IMG/VR virus record: IMGVR_UViG_3300023174_000066
DNA: 64,000 nt
Reading direction: 5' to 3' (one strand)
Source of the DNA: an uncultured virus (IMG/VR IMGVR_UViG_3300023174_000066)
Lineage: Duplodnaviria > Heunggongvirae > Uroviricota > Caudoviricetes
This document shows, one piece after another, positions 32,959 through 42,118 of this stretch. Below the pieces are notes generated by a model, which was given only the letters and a program-made list of their open reading frames with translations, did not search any database and was not told where the DNA came from. Position 1 is the stretch's first letter. Every line of letters starts with the position of its first letter. The translations under genes and the position numbers were made by a program.

Positions 32959-35172
32959 CTAGAGCTTACCAGCCTTATCGTCTTTTAGCAACTCGAGAAG
33001 CTTATCCTTATCGCGAACAATCTGCTCGAAGTTGTCTGCTTTTGTTTCCAGAACTTGAAGAACTCGTTCTTCAATAGTTCCTTCTGTAACGTAATCCATG
33101 ATAATAACAGAATCATGAATCTCTGAACCAATTCGGTGAATACGGTCCAAAGCTTGTTTGTGATCAACTAGTGACCAAGGACGCTGAAGCATAATCAGAC
33201 GTCGTGCAGCTGTAAGTGTAACACCGACACCACCAGCTTGCACAGTAAAAAGAATCCATTTAATCTTTCCAGACTGGAAGTCGTCAATGGCACGAGTTCG
33301 CTCATCTTCAGTTTGGGCACCCGTGATAAGACCGTGGGCAATGCCTTCCTTAGTCATACGAGCACTCAGTAGCTCAATGAGCTGACGAGAAACTGCAGCA
33401 ACCGCGACCGAATCGTCCCCAAAGTCGCCTTCTTTAATGTCATCCATGACTGCATCGACCTTGCACGACGGCTCAGCGAGAATAATCTTCTGCTCGAGTG
33501 TCGTTTCGTCAGTCACCATTTCAGCAAAAGAGCTAGCAAACTGGTGAAGACGAGTTGTTTGGGTAAGGACGCTAGGCGCTACGACAGTCTCTCCTGCCCC
33601 TTCAAGCTCTGCAATCATGTGCTCACGCATGTCTTTATATGCTTTTGCCTGCTTTACAGACATCTCAACGTCACGACGTTCAAACATCATTTCAGGAAGC
33701 CAAGGAAGCACACGCTGCTTAAGCATGCGACGCATACGAGGATTGATTGCAGCATGGAACTCCTGCTCCATAGAAGGCTTAACACCAAGGACCATCATCC
33801 CACCAAAAGCGTTGAGCATAGTGTCAACCATACGGTCAATCCAACGAGTCTTGCTGGGCCACTCATCTGGGGACAACCAGTGGAGAATTGACCACATATC
33901 AAGAACGTTGTTTGCAACAGGAGTTCCGGTAAGAGCAAATCGAATCTCTGCATTGCCAGAAGCAGCCCAAAGCGCACGAGTCTGCTTAGACTTAGGTTCC
34001 TTAGAGCGGTGCATCTCATCAGCAATTACTGACTGGAAATCGATGACATTGAGCTCGCGCTGGTGGACTTCGCAACGAACTTCAGAGACACGATCATCGT
34101 GGCCACCGCAAGCGCTACAACGAGCAAGTGCAACAGAGCCATAAGGAGCAAGGCGCGAGTGTGAACGGAGAGACTCCCAGTTAATGACTACTACAGAGCT
34201 AGGACAAGTACAATTTTGCTCGGTCGAGCCAAGCAATGTCTCGCTCTGCTTGGTGAATAGCTGTGTTGCATCTCCTACAGAGGACTCCGCGAATTCTTCC
34301 TGTGTCGTGGCAGTGGTCAAGTACTTCTGCTGTATCAAAGCAGAGTCTGCATCTATGTTCAGCATTTGAGAAGAATTGTTCATACTGCTCAACTGTGATT
34401 CCATAGCTGGCTTCGATGTGCCGTTTTCTGGAAGAAATTGAGCGCTTAGATTTAGGCCATCTAAGACTATTTTCTCGTTGTCTTTGAGCGTATTCGGGGT
34501 TTCGCTGTCTAAGGTCTTTTTCGTAGCAGCTGCGGCACTTGTCTTTTGCATAGACTTTGAGTTTTGGGTGACATTGTGAATTTTGCATGTATTAGATTCT
34601 ATCACTTCTTGAAACTGCTTACGCCGCTGAGTTGCAGTTCCCTTGATAACCTGAACTTTTACTTCAGGCCACCACTTAGTGAACTCACGCTCCCAGTTTT
34701 TCTTAAGGGTGTTAGGGCAAACGATAAGAGCAGGAAACGGATCAGTGCCGTCTTCTTGAAGTTTTTTAAGTGCACGAATAGCCTGAGCAGTCTTACCAAG
34801 ACCAGGCTCGTCAGCAAGCAGCGCACGCTTAGCCGTAGCAAGAAACTTTACACCAGCACGCTGGTGAGGGAACAAGTCGTCGTCACCCTCTCCATCGGGG
34901 AGAACTTCAATGTCACGAAGCGCATTACTCGGGTCAACACGGGTATCACGCTCATGCGTAGCCCAAGCAGTCAAGTTAGAGCCAAGTGCAAGGTCATCTT
35001 TAAATGTAGAGCGGAGGGCAAGACAAGCTGACCAAGATACTGGCAATCTCCATTGCTGTACCTTGTTGTCGTAGCTTGCGCCAGGGATACTCTTACAGAG
35101 TTCCTTGTACCGCCAATCAGCGGTAATATAAATGTACTTACCGGACTCATCCAGTTCTACACCAACGGGCAT
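32959..35172 (-). CDS. SNF2-family helicase with a ~130-aa in-frame insertion
   Basis: LADEPGLGKT, CPNTLKKNW, DEMH, LTGTP..N, AGGVGVTLT, QALDRIHRIG; residues ~196-323 are not helicase-like. Confidence 0.93.
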   Translation of the reverse strand: MPVGVELDESGKYIYITADWRYKELCKSIPGASYDNKVQQWRLPVSWSACLALRSTFKDDLALGSNLTAWATHERDTRVDPSNALRDIEVLPDGEGDDDLFPHQRAGVKFLATAKRALLADEPGLGKTAQAIRALKKLQEDGTDPFPALIVCPNTLKKNWEREFTKWWPEVKVQVIKGTATQRRKQFQEVIESNTCKIHNVTQNSKSMQKTSAAAATKKTLDSETPNTLKDNEKIVLDGLNLSAQFLPENGTSKPAMESQLSSMNNSSQMLNIDADSALIQQKYLTTATTQEEFAESSVGDATQLFTKQSETLLGSTEQNCTCPSSVVVINWESLRSHSRLAPYGSVALARCSACGGHDDRVSEVRCEVHQRELNVIDFQSVIADEMHRSKEPKSKQTRALWAASGNAEIRFALTGTPVANNVLDMWSILHWLSPDEWPSKTRWIDRMVDTMLNAFGGMMVLGVKPSMEQEFHAAINPRMRRMLKQRVLPWLPEMMFERRDVEMSVKQAKAYKDMREHMIAELEGAGETVVAPSVLTQTTRLHQFASSFAEMVTDETTLEQKIILAEPSCKVDAVMDDIKEGDFGDDSVAVAAVSRQLIELLSARMTKEGIAHGLITGAQTEDERTRAIDDFQSGKIKWILFTVQAGGVGVTLTAARRLIMLQRPWSLVDHKQALDRIHRIGSEIHDSVIIMDYVTEGTIEERVLQVLETKADNFEQIVRDKDKLLELLKDDKAGKL
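34199..34588 (-). CDS. Endonuclease VII-family homing endonuclease nested out of frame within the helicase
   Basis: YGITVEQYE...CRLC....DHCHDTGRIRGVLCRRCN.AI.....WLDRAKLYL. Confidence 0.92.
   Translation of the reverse strand: MQNSQCHPKLKVYAKDKCRSCYEKDLRQRNPEYAQRQRENSLRWPKSKRSISSRKRHIEASYGITVEQYEQFFSNAEHRCRLCFDTAEVLDHCHDTGRIRGVLCRRCNTAIHQAERDIAWLDRAKLYLS
34596..34604 (-). promoter_or_regulatory. Internal extended -10 promoter for the nested endonuclease
   Basis: TGaTAGAAT + 7 nt + ATG(34588), matching the phage's other leaderless promoters. Confidence 0.7.
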
Positions 35173-35246
35173 TTAGTTTCCTTTTGTCTCTACGTATAAT
35201 ACTATCACATTCTAGGAAAATTTATTTCCAAAAGTGGATAGTATTT

Positions 35247-35702
35247 TTAATTTAATAATCTAGTTGGAACCCAACCAGTTTTGACCAACCTTAGCAGGCC
35301 ATGACGTATTGCGTCAAGTGCGTGTCCCGCACCGCCTCGATGCCAGTACTCTAGCTTCTTTAATTTTTCGTTGGTAAACATTGCCATTGCATCCGCTGGC
35401 TGTTGATACATAAGTAGTTCTGGGTCTCGACCCTCATCTAACATAAGAGTTTTGAGGGACCCAATAACCTCAAGGCTGTATGGGGCCTGGGCCTTCTTTG
35501 CTGTCTGAGCATTGATAGTAAACTTTTCGCAAATAACTTCAAGGCTGTCTCCATAAAGTTCAAACATCTTTCTGGCCTCAAAAACAAAGTCAGAAAACTC
35601 TACTTCACCACTCCATTCAAGGATTGGCTCAGATCCAGGGTCAAGTGAAAAAAGCGCAAGTCCGGTCATTTTCCCGGGATCGACTGCAAGTATGTGTCTC
35701 AT
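35247..35702 (-). CDS. RuvC-like Holliday junction resolvase
   Basis: ILAVDPGKMTG, ICEKF, HALDAIRH; ATGA overlap. Confidence 0.8.
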   Translation of the reverse strand: MRHILAVDPGKMTGLALFSLDPGSEPILEWSGEVEFSDFVFEARKMFELYGDSLEVICEKFTINAQTAKKAQAPYSLEVIGSLKTLMLDEGRDPELLMYQQPADAMAMFTNEKLKKLEYWHRGGAGHALDAIRHGLLRLVKTGWVPTRLLN

Positions 35703-36022
35703 GTCCAAATCACTTTTTTTACTCCTTTTCGTTTTAACTGTCCTTCGCATTTTTTACAAGGCTTTGAGTCAGCAGGCGTTCCGTCTTTACGAACACGAGC
35801 TACGTAGACCGTAGCCCCGTAAGCTTTACTTCCAGCCACAAACAATGCCGCAATTTCTGCATGCATGTGCGACTTTCTCCAACTGCCAGTTGTTTGATCG
35901 GATACCAGCTTATTTACTGCCTCACCGACAACACGCCCATTAAGGACAACAACGCAGCCGTGCCTATAACGACAACGACTCGTGTCAGCAAGTTTAATTG
36001 CTTTATTGAGGTGCTTACTCAC
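35699..36022 (-). CDS. Cytidine/dCMP deaminase-family protein
   Basis: HGCVVV, HAEIAAL, PCKKC. Confidence 0.88.
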   Translation of the reverse strand: MSKHLNKAIKLADTSRCRYRHGCVVVLNGRVVGEAVNKLVSDQTTGSWRKSHMHAEIAALFVAGSKAYGATVYVARVRKDGTPADSKPCKKCEGQLKRKGVKKVIWT

Positions 36023-37836
36023 TAGTATTTCTCGCCCCAGTTTTCGAGAGGTCCGTCAACATCTGCAGTAAGGGGAACAGACCAACCTTCTGTAGTTGTC
36101 ATACACTGTCGAACAAGCTCCTTCATTTCCTCAGCATGCTCACGAGGGGCATTGAGGACAATTTCGTCATGCACAGGGACAATGAGATATTCGGTGAGAT
36201 CTGCTTGATCTAACTTAACCAAGTTAGACTTAAACACTTCGGCAGCACCGCCCTGAATAAGATAGTTGACCAGCGTATACACTCGATCATTGTCGCAGGG
36301 AAGTCGACGGCCAGTCCACGTATTCACATAGCCCTCACCTTCAGCACGTAGTCGTCGCATACCGACGTCTTCAACTTGCTTTTGGAACGAGGTCATTCCA
36401 GGGAATCGAATGTCAAAAGCATCTGACACAGCACGCATCTGATCTTCAGGAACACCAGCGGTAAGAGCCTGCTTAGCAACACCTGCACCGTACAGACGTC
36501 CATAGACAACACCCTTAATAAGACCACGGCGCTTATCCGACTTCTGCATCGTCGGGTCTCCATAAATTTCACGACCAATTTCGGTGAACGGGTCCGACCC
36601 GGTTGCATCAGCAAGGTTAAAAAGGCTAATTAGGTTGGGATCCTGCGAGAGTGAAGCAAACATACGGAACTCAACTTGGTCGAGGTCAGATGTAATGATT
36701 ACATGGTCGTCGTCTTTAGGCAAGAACGCACGGCGTACTGTGCTGTCACCTTTAGGGAGAGTCTGGAGAGCAGGAGCCGTGATTGACATGCGACCAGTAC
36801 GAGCGCCAAGTGTCTTTACAGACGGGTGAACAAACCCATTGACATTGTCGGTCAAGAAGTTCTTAAAGTAGGTATTAGCAAGTTTATCTGCTTTACGCTG
36901 CTTAAGCACAACGTCAGCCAACTGTTGGATCTCAGGAGTTCCGTTAATCATCAGTGCCTTTATTTGGTCAGCAGATGCTGATTTCTGTCCTGAAGGAGTA
37001 AACTCAGTAATTTCAGCGCCAAGTCCTTCAAGAATTTTAACCAGTTGGATGTTGCTAGTAATCGACGCACCATATGTGTCTTTTCCCCACTGCTTTACGC
37101 GCTCGGTGTATTCAACCAACTCGTCATATTTTTTCTGAGAGTAGTCAAGGTCAATACGAGCGCCATTAAGCTCCATACGAGTGACAATTTTACGAGTAGC
37201 CATTTCAAGTTCATATGCCTGAGCGTACGGCTTACCAGGACCGCACTTTTCCCAGAACTGGTCAAAGAGTCGCATAGTAAGGATTGTATCCAAAGCACCA
37301 TATGCCCAGTAAGGCTCAAAGTTGGTGGGAACAGTTCCCCACGTCCAGCCATTCTTTGTAAGCTCTTCGTCAAGAACACTCTGCAATTGAGCGGCGCGAG
37401 GGTCAATGTACTGTGAAGTAAGGCGCTTCAAAGCACCAGAACCCAGAGGATCGATAATTTGAGCCATAATCATTGTGTCGTGCGCACGATGCCAGGGCAT
37501 ATCCCAGCGTGACTGTACGTCAAACCAGCGAGCCTCAAATGCAATGTTGTGACAGACAATCGGCCCATCAAACTTACCCATTGCTTCATAAAAAACACCG
37601 GCCCATTCATCCCAGGGGATAGACCAACCGGTCATTCCATCGCCCACCTGTACCAGGCGGAGACGCCCATGCCACGGAGACAGGGCGTCGTTACGCGGTC
37701 GTCCTGGAAATTCGCCAGTTTCAGTGTCAATTGCAATAGCATCGTGTGGCCGACGTTCTCCAAGCCACGAGATAAATTTTTCTGCTTCTTGAACGCTGTT
37801 AACAAAGTTCAGCTGTACGCCGTCAAGATTTGTCAT
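36022..37836 (-). CDS. polA: Family A DNA polymerase with 3'-5' exonuclease
   Basis: DTET, HNIAFE, DTM, YGALD; TGRMS, DLDQVEFR, K...YG..YG, NY.IQG.AA, VHDE. Confidence 0.96.
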   Translation of the reverse strand: MTNLDGVQLNFVNSVQEAEKFISWLGERRPHDAIAIDTETGEFPGRPRNDALSPWHGRLRLVQVGDGMTGWSIPWDEWAGVFYEAMGKFDGPIVCHNIAFEARWFDVQSRWDMPWHRAHDTMIMAQIIDPLGSGALKRLTSQYIDPRAAQLQSVLDEELTKNGWTWGTVPTNFEPYWAYGALDTILTMRLFDQFWEKCGPGKPYAQAYELEMATRKIVTRMELNGARIDLDYSQKKYDELVEYTERVKQWGKDTYGASITSNIQLVKILEGLGAEITEFTPSGQKSASADQIKALMINGTPEIQQLADVVLKQRKADKLANTYFKNFLTDNVNGFVHPSVKTLGARTGRMSITAPALQTLPKGDSTVRRAFLPKDDDHVIITSDLDQVEFRMFASLSQDPNLISLFNLADATGSDPFTEIGREIYGDPTMQKSDKRRGLIKGVVYGRLYGAGVAKQALTAGVPEDQMRAVSDAFDIRFPGMTSFQKQVEDVGMRRLRAEGEGYVNTWTGRRLPCDNDRVYTLVNYLIQGGAAEVFKSNLVKLDQADLTEYLIVPVHDEIVLNAPREHAEEMKELVRQCMTTTEGWSVPLTADVDGPLENWGEKY

Positions 37837-37892
37837 TTTTGTCCTTTTGTCTTTGTGTGTTTAGAGTATCACAACTTTAAAAGATACGCAAA

Positions 37893-38165
37893 CTAGTCTT
37901 CATCAAGGTCTAAATCTGGGTCTGGCAAGAAAGTAAACTCAATAATAGTGCCACCGTCATCAAACTCATTGTCGTCGTACTCTTGACTAAAATTGTCGAG
38001 AGGGTCCATAACCCCTCCAGCTATAGCAATACCAATTGCATACATAGCTTCGCGCTTGCTAAAACCAGCATCAATTAGCGCTTTACCAATCTCGTGAAGC
38101 TCCACCGCTTTCTCGTGAAGAGAAGTAGTTTCGGGGAAATTTGGGAGCTGTTCTTCAGGAGTCAT
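37893..38165 (-). CDS. Hypothetical acidic protein
   Basis: TACAAT + 5 nt + ATG; LHE....LIDAGFS..EA. Confidence 0.7.
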   Translation of the reverse strand: MTPEEQLPNFPETTSLHEKAVELHEIGKALIDAGFSKREAMYAIGIAIAGGVMDPLDNFSQEYDDNEFDDGGTIIEFTFLPDPDLDLDED

Positions 38166-38176
38166 ACTCTATTGTA

Positions 38177-38647
38177 CTACGGAATTACTTCGATCTTATA
38201 TATTGAATCGATAGCAGAGTCTTTTTCTGCAGCAGTCTCTAGTAACCGTTGAGCAACGTTTGTAAGGTATCTAGCTCCACCATCGTCGTACTTATATAGT
38301 GCTTCTAGAACTGCCTCTGGCTCATCCGAAACCTGAGCCCAGTACCGATACTTCTCTGGGAAAACAAGAGAAGCGCTTTCGTCCGGACCGCAAAGCTCGC
38401 AGGGAATAGAATCATTAACTAATTTTGCGTAAGAAATTTCTTGTAATTTGTATGTGTGAACTAGGCGGCACGCTGCGCCATGGTACACGAGAGAAACGCC
38501 AACACGAGAGAGAACATATGATCCGCTCTCAGTTCGGTACAGCTCAAACTCAATCCAGCGCGTAGATCCTCGACGCCACGAGGTTGATTTACCAAGAAGA
38601 CTTCCGTTAAACTGGAGTGTTCTGGCACCATCTTTTACTTCATACAT
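38177..38647 (-). CDS. Hypothetical protein
   Basis: 156-aa ORF, RWIEFELYRT..G.YVL.RVG.S. Confidence 0.75.
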   Translation of the reverse strand: MYEVKDGARTLQFNGSLLGKSTSWRRGSTRWIEFELYRTESGSYVLSRVGVSLVYHGAACRLVHTYKLQEISYAKLVNDSIPCELCGPDESASLVFPEKYRYWAQVSDEPEAVLEALYKYDDGGARYLTNVAQRLLETAAEKDSAIDSIYKIEVIP

Positions 38648-38651
38648 AAAA

Positions 38652-38828
38652 TTACTTTTCTTCGCTCTTGCTCTTTAACTCATCTAGCTCAGCCTGAAGT
38701 TTTTCATTGCGCGAACGTTCCATAAGTAAGAGTGCCTCTAGCTCAGCGTTGAGCCCCATAGACTTAAAAAGCTGGTCTCTAGTTACGGCTAAAACACTGT
38801 TATACAGTTCTTCATTCTTGTCAGTCAT
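38652..38828 (-). CDS. Small coiled-coil protein (58 aa)
   Basis: Not in the ORF track; AAGGA RBS; MTDKNEELYNSVL...NEKLQAELDELKSKSEEK. Confidence 0.7.
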   Translation of the reverse strand: MTDKNEELYNSVLAVTRDQLFKSMGLNAELEALLLMERSRNEKLQAELDELKSKSEEK

Positions 38829-38869
38829 ATTTTTCCTTTTGTAGTTCGTCTACCTCTATTCTACACGAT

Positions 38870-41800
38870 TTAGAGGCCACCGTTTTCTAATCTTGCTTTC
38901 AAATTATCGATTTGCTCTTGCTGAGACCGGACAACAGCTTGCAGTGCAACAACATAGGTGTGATAGCTGATACCTTCAGGATCTCCCGACTCATCGTAGT
39001 AAACAAACTGAGTCAGCCCAGCATCATGCAAATCTTCTGCAATAAACCCAATCTCAACTTTAGCCAAGTCTCCAAGATTTTCTACTTCTTTAATATATCT
39101 AAAGTCAATCGGTTCAATAGAAAGGATGGATGGAATATCTAAGCCTGCAGAAACAATATTTTGTTTATGTCTCCTTGATGACGAGGACCAGCCAATAGAG
39201 CCTGAACTGCTAACAGCCATAGCTCTGATAGTGCCGGAAGTAAGCTGGTTGCCGAAAGGACCGGACGCAAACAATGAGCCATTTAAAGTTATGGTCGTAC
39301 TGCCAGTACCAATGGTGACATTTCCGCCAAGAGGATTGATATAGAGTCGAGAAGCTGTTCCGTTGTTTACACTTTGAATTTTAGAATAAGGTAGCGTTCC
39401 GTTTGTTTGGTGCGTACTGATTCTAAGATTGCTGTCGGAAGAGAGTCCAATTTGAAATGGGTGTCCTGTAGAAGACAGGGTAGCTTCAATTTTGTTTGCG
39501 TCAAGGGCCAGTTGACCTTTTACAATGACTTTACCAATATTTTCTGGAGTAATGTAGGCAATAATAGAAGCTGAAATTGTATTAGCCGTATCTGTAGTGT
39601 CAGTGTCCGTGGCTAGGTCATACGTAACACGTGTTTTTTTAGCTGCAATTTCTACACCAGTAGATGTTTGACTAAGGATGGTGTTGATGTAGCTGTTGTA
39701 TTCTGTATACTTTACGTTTGATGTTAAAAAATCTGGGTCGAGATTTCTCAGTACTCCACCGTCAAAACGCAGGTAGTAGCTGTCACTTGGAAAAAGCCCG
39801 ATATCTACAGCTTTACCGACACTCCCGCTATAGCTGGGAATTGGTTCTGGAAGCCGAGGAAACCCCGGCTCCGGAGAGGAGATTATTGCGGAACTAACCT
39901 CTCCTCCACCACCTGCTGTATATGCTGTGGGTGAAGTGCCAAGATAGGTAGTAATTGCCGCTCTTGTTTTTAGGTTGTGGGGGAAGTCTTGGTTAGAGAA
40001 TCCTAAATAATCAATTCCATCATAAAGAACGTCCTGAGTGTCAACATCAATATTAATCCACTCTGTACCGGAAGCATAAGATATAGTGTTGGGAGCATTA
40101 GTTGCGTTTGCCCACGCATAGGATCCGGTTTTGTTTTTAGTGTCTCCGTAAAATCCTGCAGGGGAGTTTCCAAAGTTAAAGTTATCAAAGTAGGCTGCAA
40201 CGTTTCCTTCAGTCACGGTATTTGCTGTAATTTTTACACCCGTTGATGCAGTATTAGAAAAGTTTCCTTGATAGAACCACGTAGGGTATTGGATGCTAAT
40301 AGCATTTTGATTAGCTAGTCCTGTTGGGTTTAGGCGATAATACTCGTCATATAGTTTTTTACCATCTACAACAATAACTCCGTCAGATTCAATAGTTGAT
40401 GCGGGAGTAAGAGAAGTGATAACTGTACCAACGTTTGCAGAACCTGAAGTATCAAGTAAGTCGTTCATGTACTGACTCGGGTCAGCTATAGTGTAGTACT
40501 TGTTATATCCATCAGTCCATGATTGAGCCGAAGAGTCTGTCAGCACGTTGGCTAAAGAAGTGGTCGATGCTCCCCCAAGATTAAATTTAATTTCAGTTAA
40601 ATTGTACTGAGGATAGACAGCTTTATGAACTCTTCTTGCTCTCTCGGTCCCGTCCTGATTTAGTCTTCCGCTAAGTGTGACAGCCCCCGTCGCCCCTTCA
40701 TCGGCTGGGCCCGTACCAATATCAACATACATGGTTGACCCACTAATATTGATAACCCTAAAAATTCTATCAAATACAGAGCGCGCAGAGGTAAGGGTAC
40801 CACCAGTAGCGACTCTAGCAAACATATCAACTTCGCCATTAGTGCCCGTGTCGACTCCATCAACATCTAAATATACATAATCTCCAGTAGCAAAATAACC
40901 TGCGACTGTATTAGACATAACCATTGTTAGGTTTCCATTAGTGTTGTACGTAGCGGAAGAAACAGTTTTTGAAAAAGAAGAAGGAAGTGCGGGCTGATAG
41001 TCAAAGAAAATATCCATATTTAGATAAAGTTTGGTACCAGAGTAAATTTTGTTGTAATAAATAATGCTTGAGTAGTCAACGGTAGAAACAAGCATATTGT
41101 CTGTCGGTGCCGTCGTACTCCACCTAACATTCGCTGCAAAGTTACTACTTCTAGAAAATTGACCGGTGAAGGAGCCAGTTCGAGTTGCAGTTAAGGTTGC
41201 AATATTTGCTTTTGAAAAAGTAGCAGAAGAGACGTTACTATTTGACCAGCTGCCAGCATTTGAGACAGAAGCATTATTGGCAATTTCACCCGACTCAAAA
41301 CTTGGGTTGTATATAAAGTTTATTGCATCAGGAGAGGAAAATCTTATACCCTTGTTTGAGAAATAACCGTAGTTAAAGTCTTTAAGTTCGTAGTCGCGAA
41401 GATACAGACCAGCAACATCTGGAACATAGATATATGCTTCACCGCTTTCTGCGGTAAATGCAACATCTGCCGCCCCGGTTTCATTTGTCGTACCAATGCT
41501 ATATGTAAAAGTGTTGTCCGTAGTTTCGGTAACTGCTCCGGGAGAGTAGACGGTTTTGTTATATATAGAGTACGCTGTATTTGAAAAAGACACAACTACT
41601 AAGTCATTAGCTGTAAATTGATGAGAGTTTGCGGTAATTGTTACTTTGTTTGACTCCACAGAAAATCCGGTAAAAATAATTGGATCGTCTTCATATGACT
41701 TGTAGAGGCCCACATATGACCCTGCCTCTGTGTTAGAGTCAGAAGCGCCATGGTTGTAGCTTTCTAAAAATGTTCCTTTTAGTTCAGAACTTCCAAAAGT

Positions 41801-42118
41801 TCTGCTTACCGCTGGACTGCTAATATTCCAATAGCCAATTGTCCCAGTCTCAGCGTTAATATCACCACGAACAAACACGTTCCCGAACTCAGCGTCACCT
41901 GATCCATCAATCCTCCAACCATTTTCTCCAGAAAGATAATTAGAACTTTGAATTGCCTTGTCTAAAATTTCCACTTCTTCGGAGAGTTGAGAAGCACTAA
42001 TTGCCTCAGAACCTACGCCAGTGTAGCTATTTCTATTTCTAAGTTCTCTGGCATCAATGTTTAAAGACTCTAGATAGTTGCCTAGACTTTTATATTTACG
42101 AGACCGCCTACTAGCCAC
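38870..42118 (-). CDS. Tail fibre/spike with a C-terminal intramolecular chaperone (peptidase S74-like)
   Basis: GWRIDGSG.AEF, SSRRHKQNI...P..FRY...GFIAEDL...V.Y...coiled coil. Confidence 0.85.
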   Translation of the reverse strand: MASRRSRKYKSLGNYLESLNIDARELRNRNSYTGVGSEAISASQLSEEVEILDKAIQSSNYLSGENGWRIDGSGDAEFGNVFVRGDINAETGTIGYWNISSPAVSRTFGSSELKGTFLESYNHGASDSNTEAGSYVGLYKSYEDDPIIFTGFSVESNKVTITANSHQFTANDLVVVSFSNTAYSIYNKTVYSPGAVTETTDNTFTYSIGTTNETGAADVAFTAESGEAYIYVPDVAGLYLRDYELKDFNYGYFSNKGIRFSSPDAINFIYNPSFESGEIANNASVSNAGSWSNSNVSSATFSKANIATLTATRTGSFTGQFSRSSNFAANVRWSTTAPTDNMLVSTVDYSSIIYYNKIYSGTKLYLNMDIFFDYQPALPSSFSKTVSSATYNTNGNLTMVMSNTVAGYFATGDYVYLDVDGVDTGTNGEVDMFARVATGGTLTSARSVFDRIFRVINISGSTMYVDIGTGPADEGATGAVTLSGRLNQDGTERARRVHKAVYPQYNLTEIKFNLGGASTTSLANVLTDSSAQSWTDGYNKYYTIADPSQYMNDLLDTSGSANVGTVITSLTPASTIESDGVIVVDGKKLYDEYYRLNPTGLANQNAISIQYPTWFYQGNFSNTASTGVKITANTVTEGNVAAYFDNFNFGNSPAGFYGDTKNKTGSYAWANATNAPNTISYASGTEWINIDVDTQDVLYDGIDYLGFSNQDFPHNLKTRAAITTYLGTSPTAYTAGGGGEVSSAIISSPEPGFPRLPEPIPSYSGSVGKAVDIGLFPSDSYYLRFDGGVLRNLDPDFLTSNVKYTEYNSYINTILSQTSTGVEIAAKKTRVTYDLATDTDTTDTANTISASIIAYITPENIGKVIVKGQLALDANKIEATLSSTGHPFQIGLSSDSNLRISTHQTNGTLPYSKIQSVNNGTASRLYINPLGGNVTIGTGSTTITLNGSLFASGPFGNQLTSGTIRAMAVSSSGSIGWSSSSRRHKQNIVSAGLDIPSILSIEPIDFRYIKEVENLGDLAKVEIGFIAEDLHDAGLTQFVYYDESGDPEGISYHTYVVALQAVVRSQQEQIDNLKARLENGGL

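Noticed and set aside
34190..34610. Canonical intein or group I intron in the helicase
   Set aside because: The nuclease is out of frame, no HINT motifs are visible, and the insert is almost fully occupied by the nuclease ORF and its promoter.
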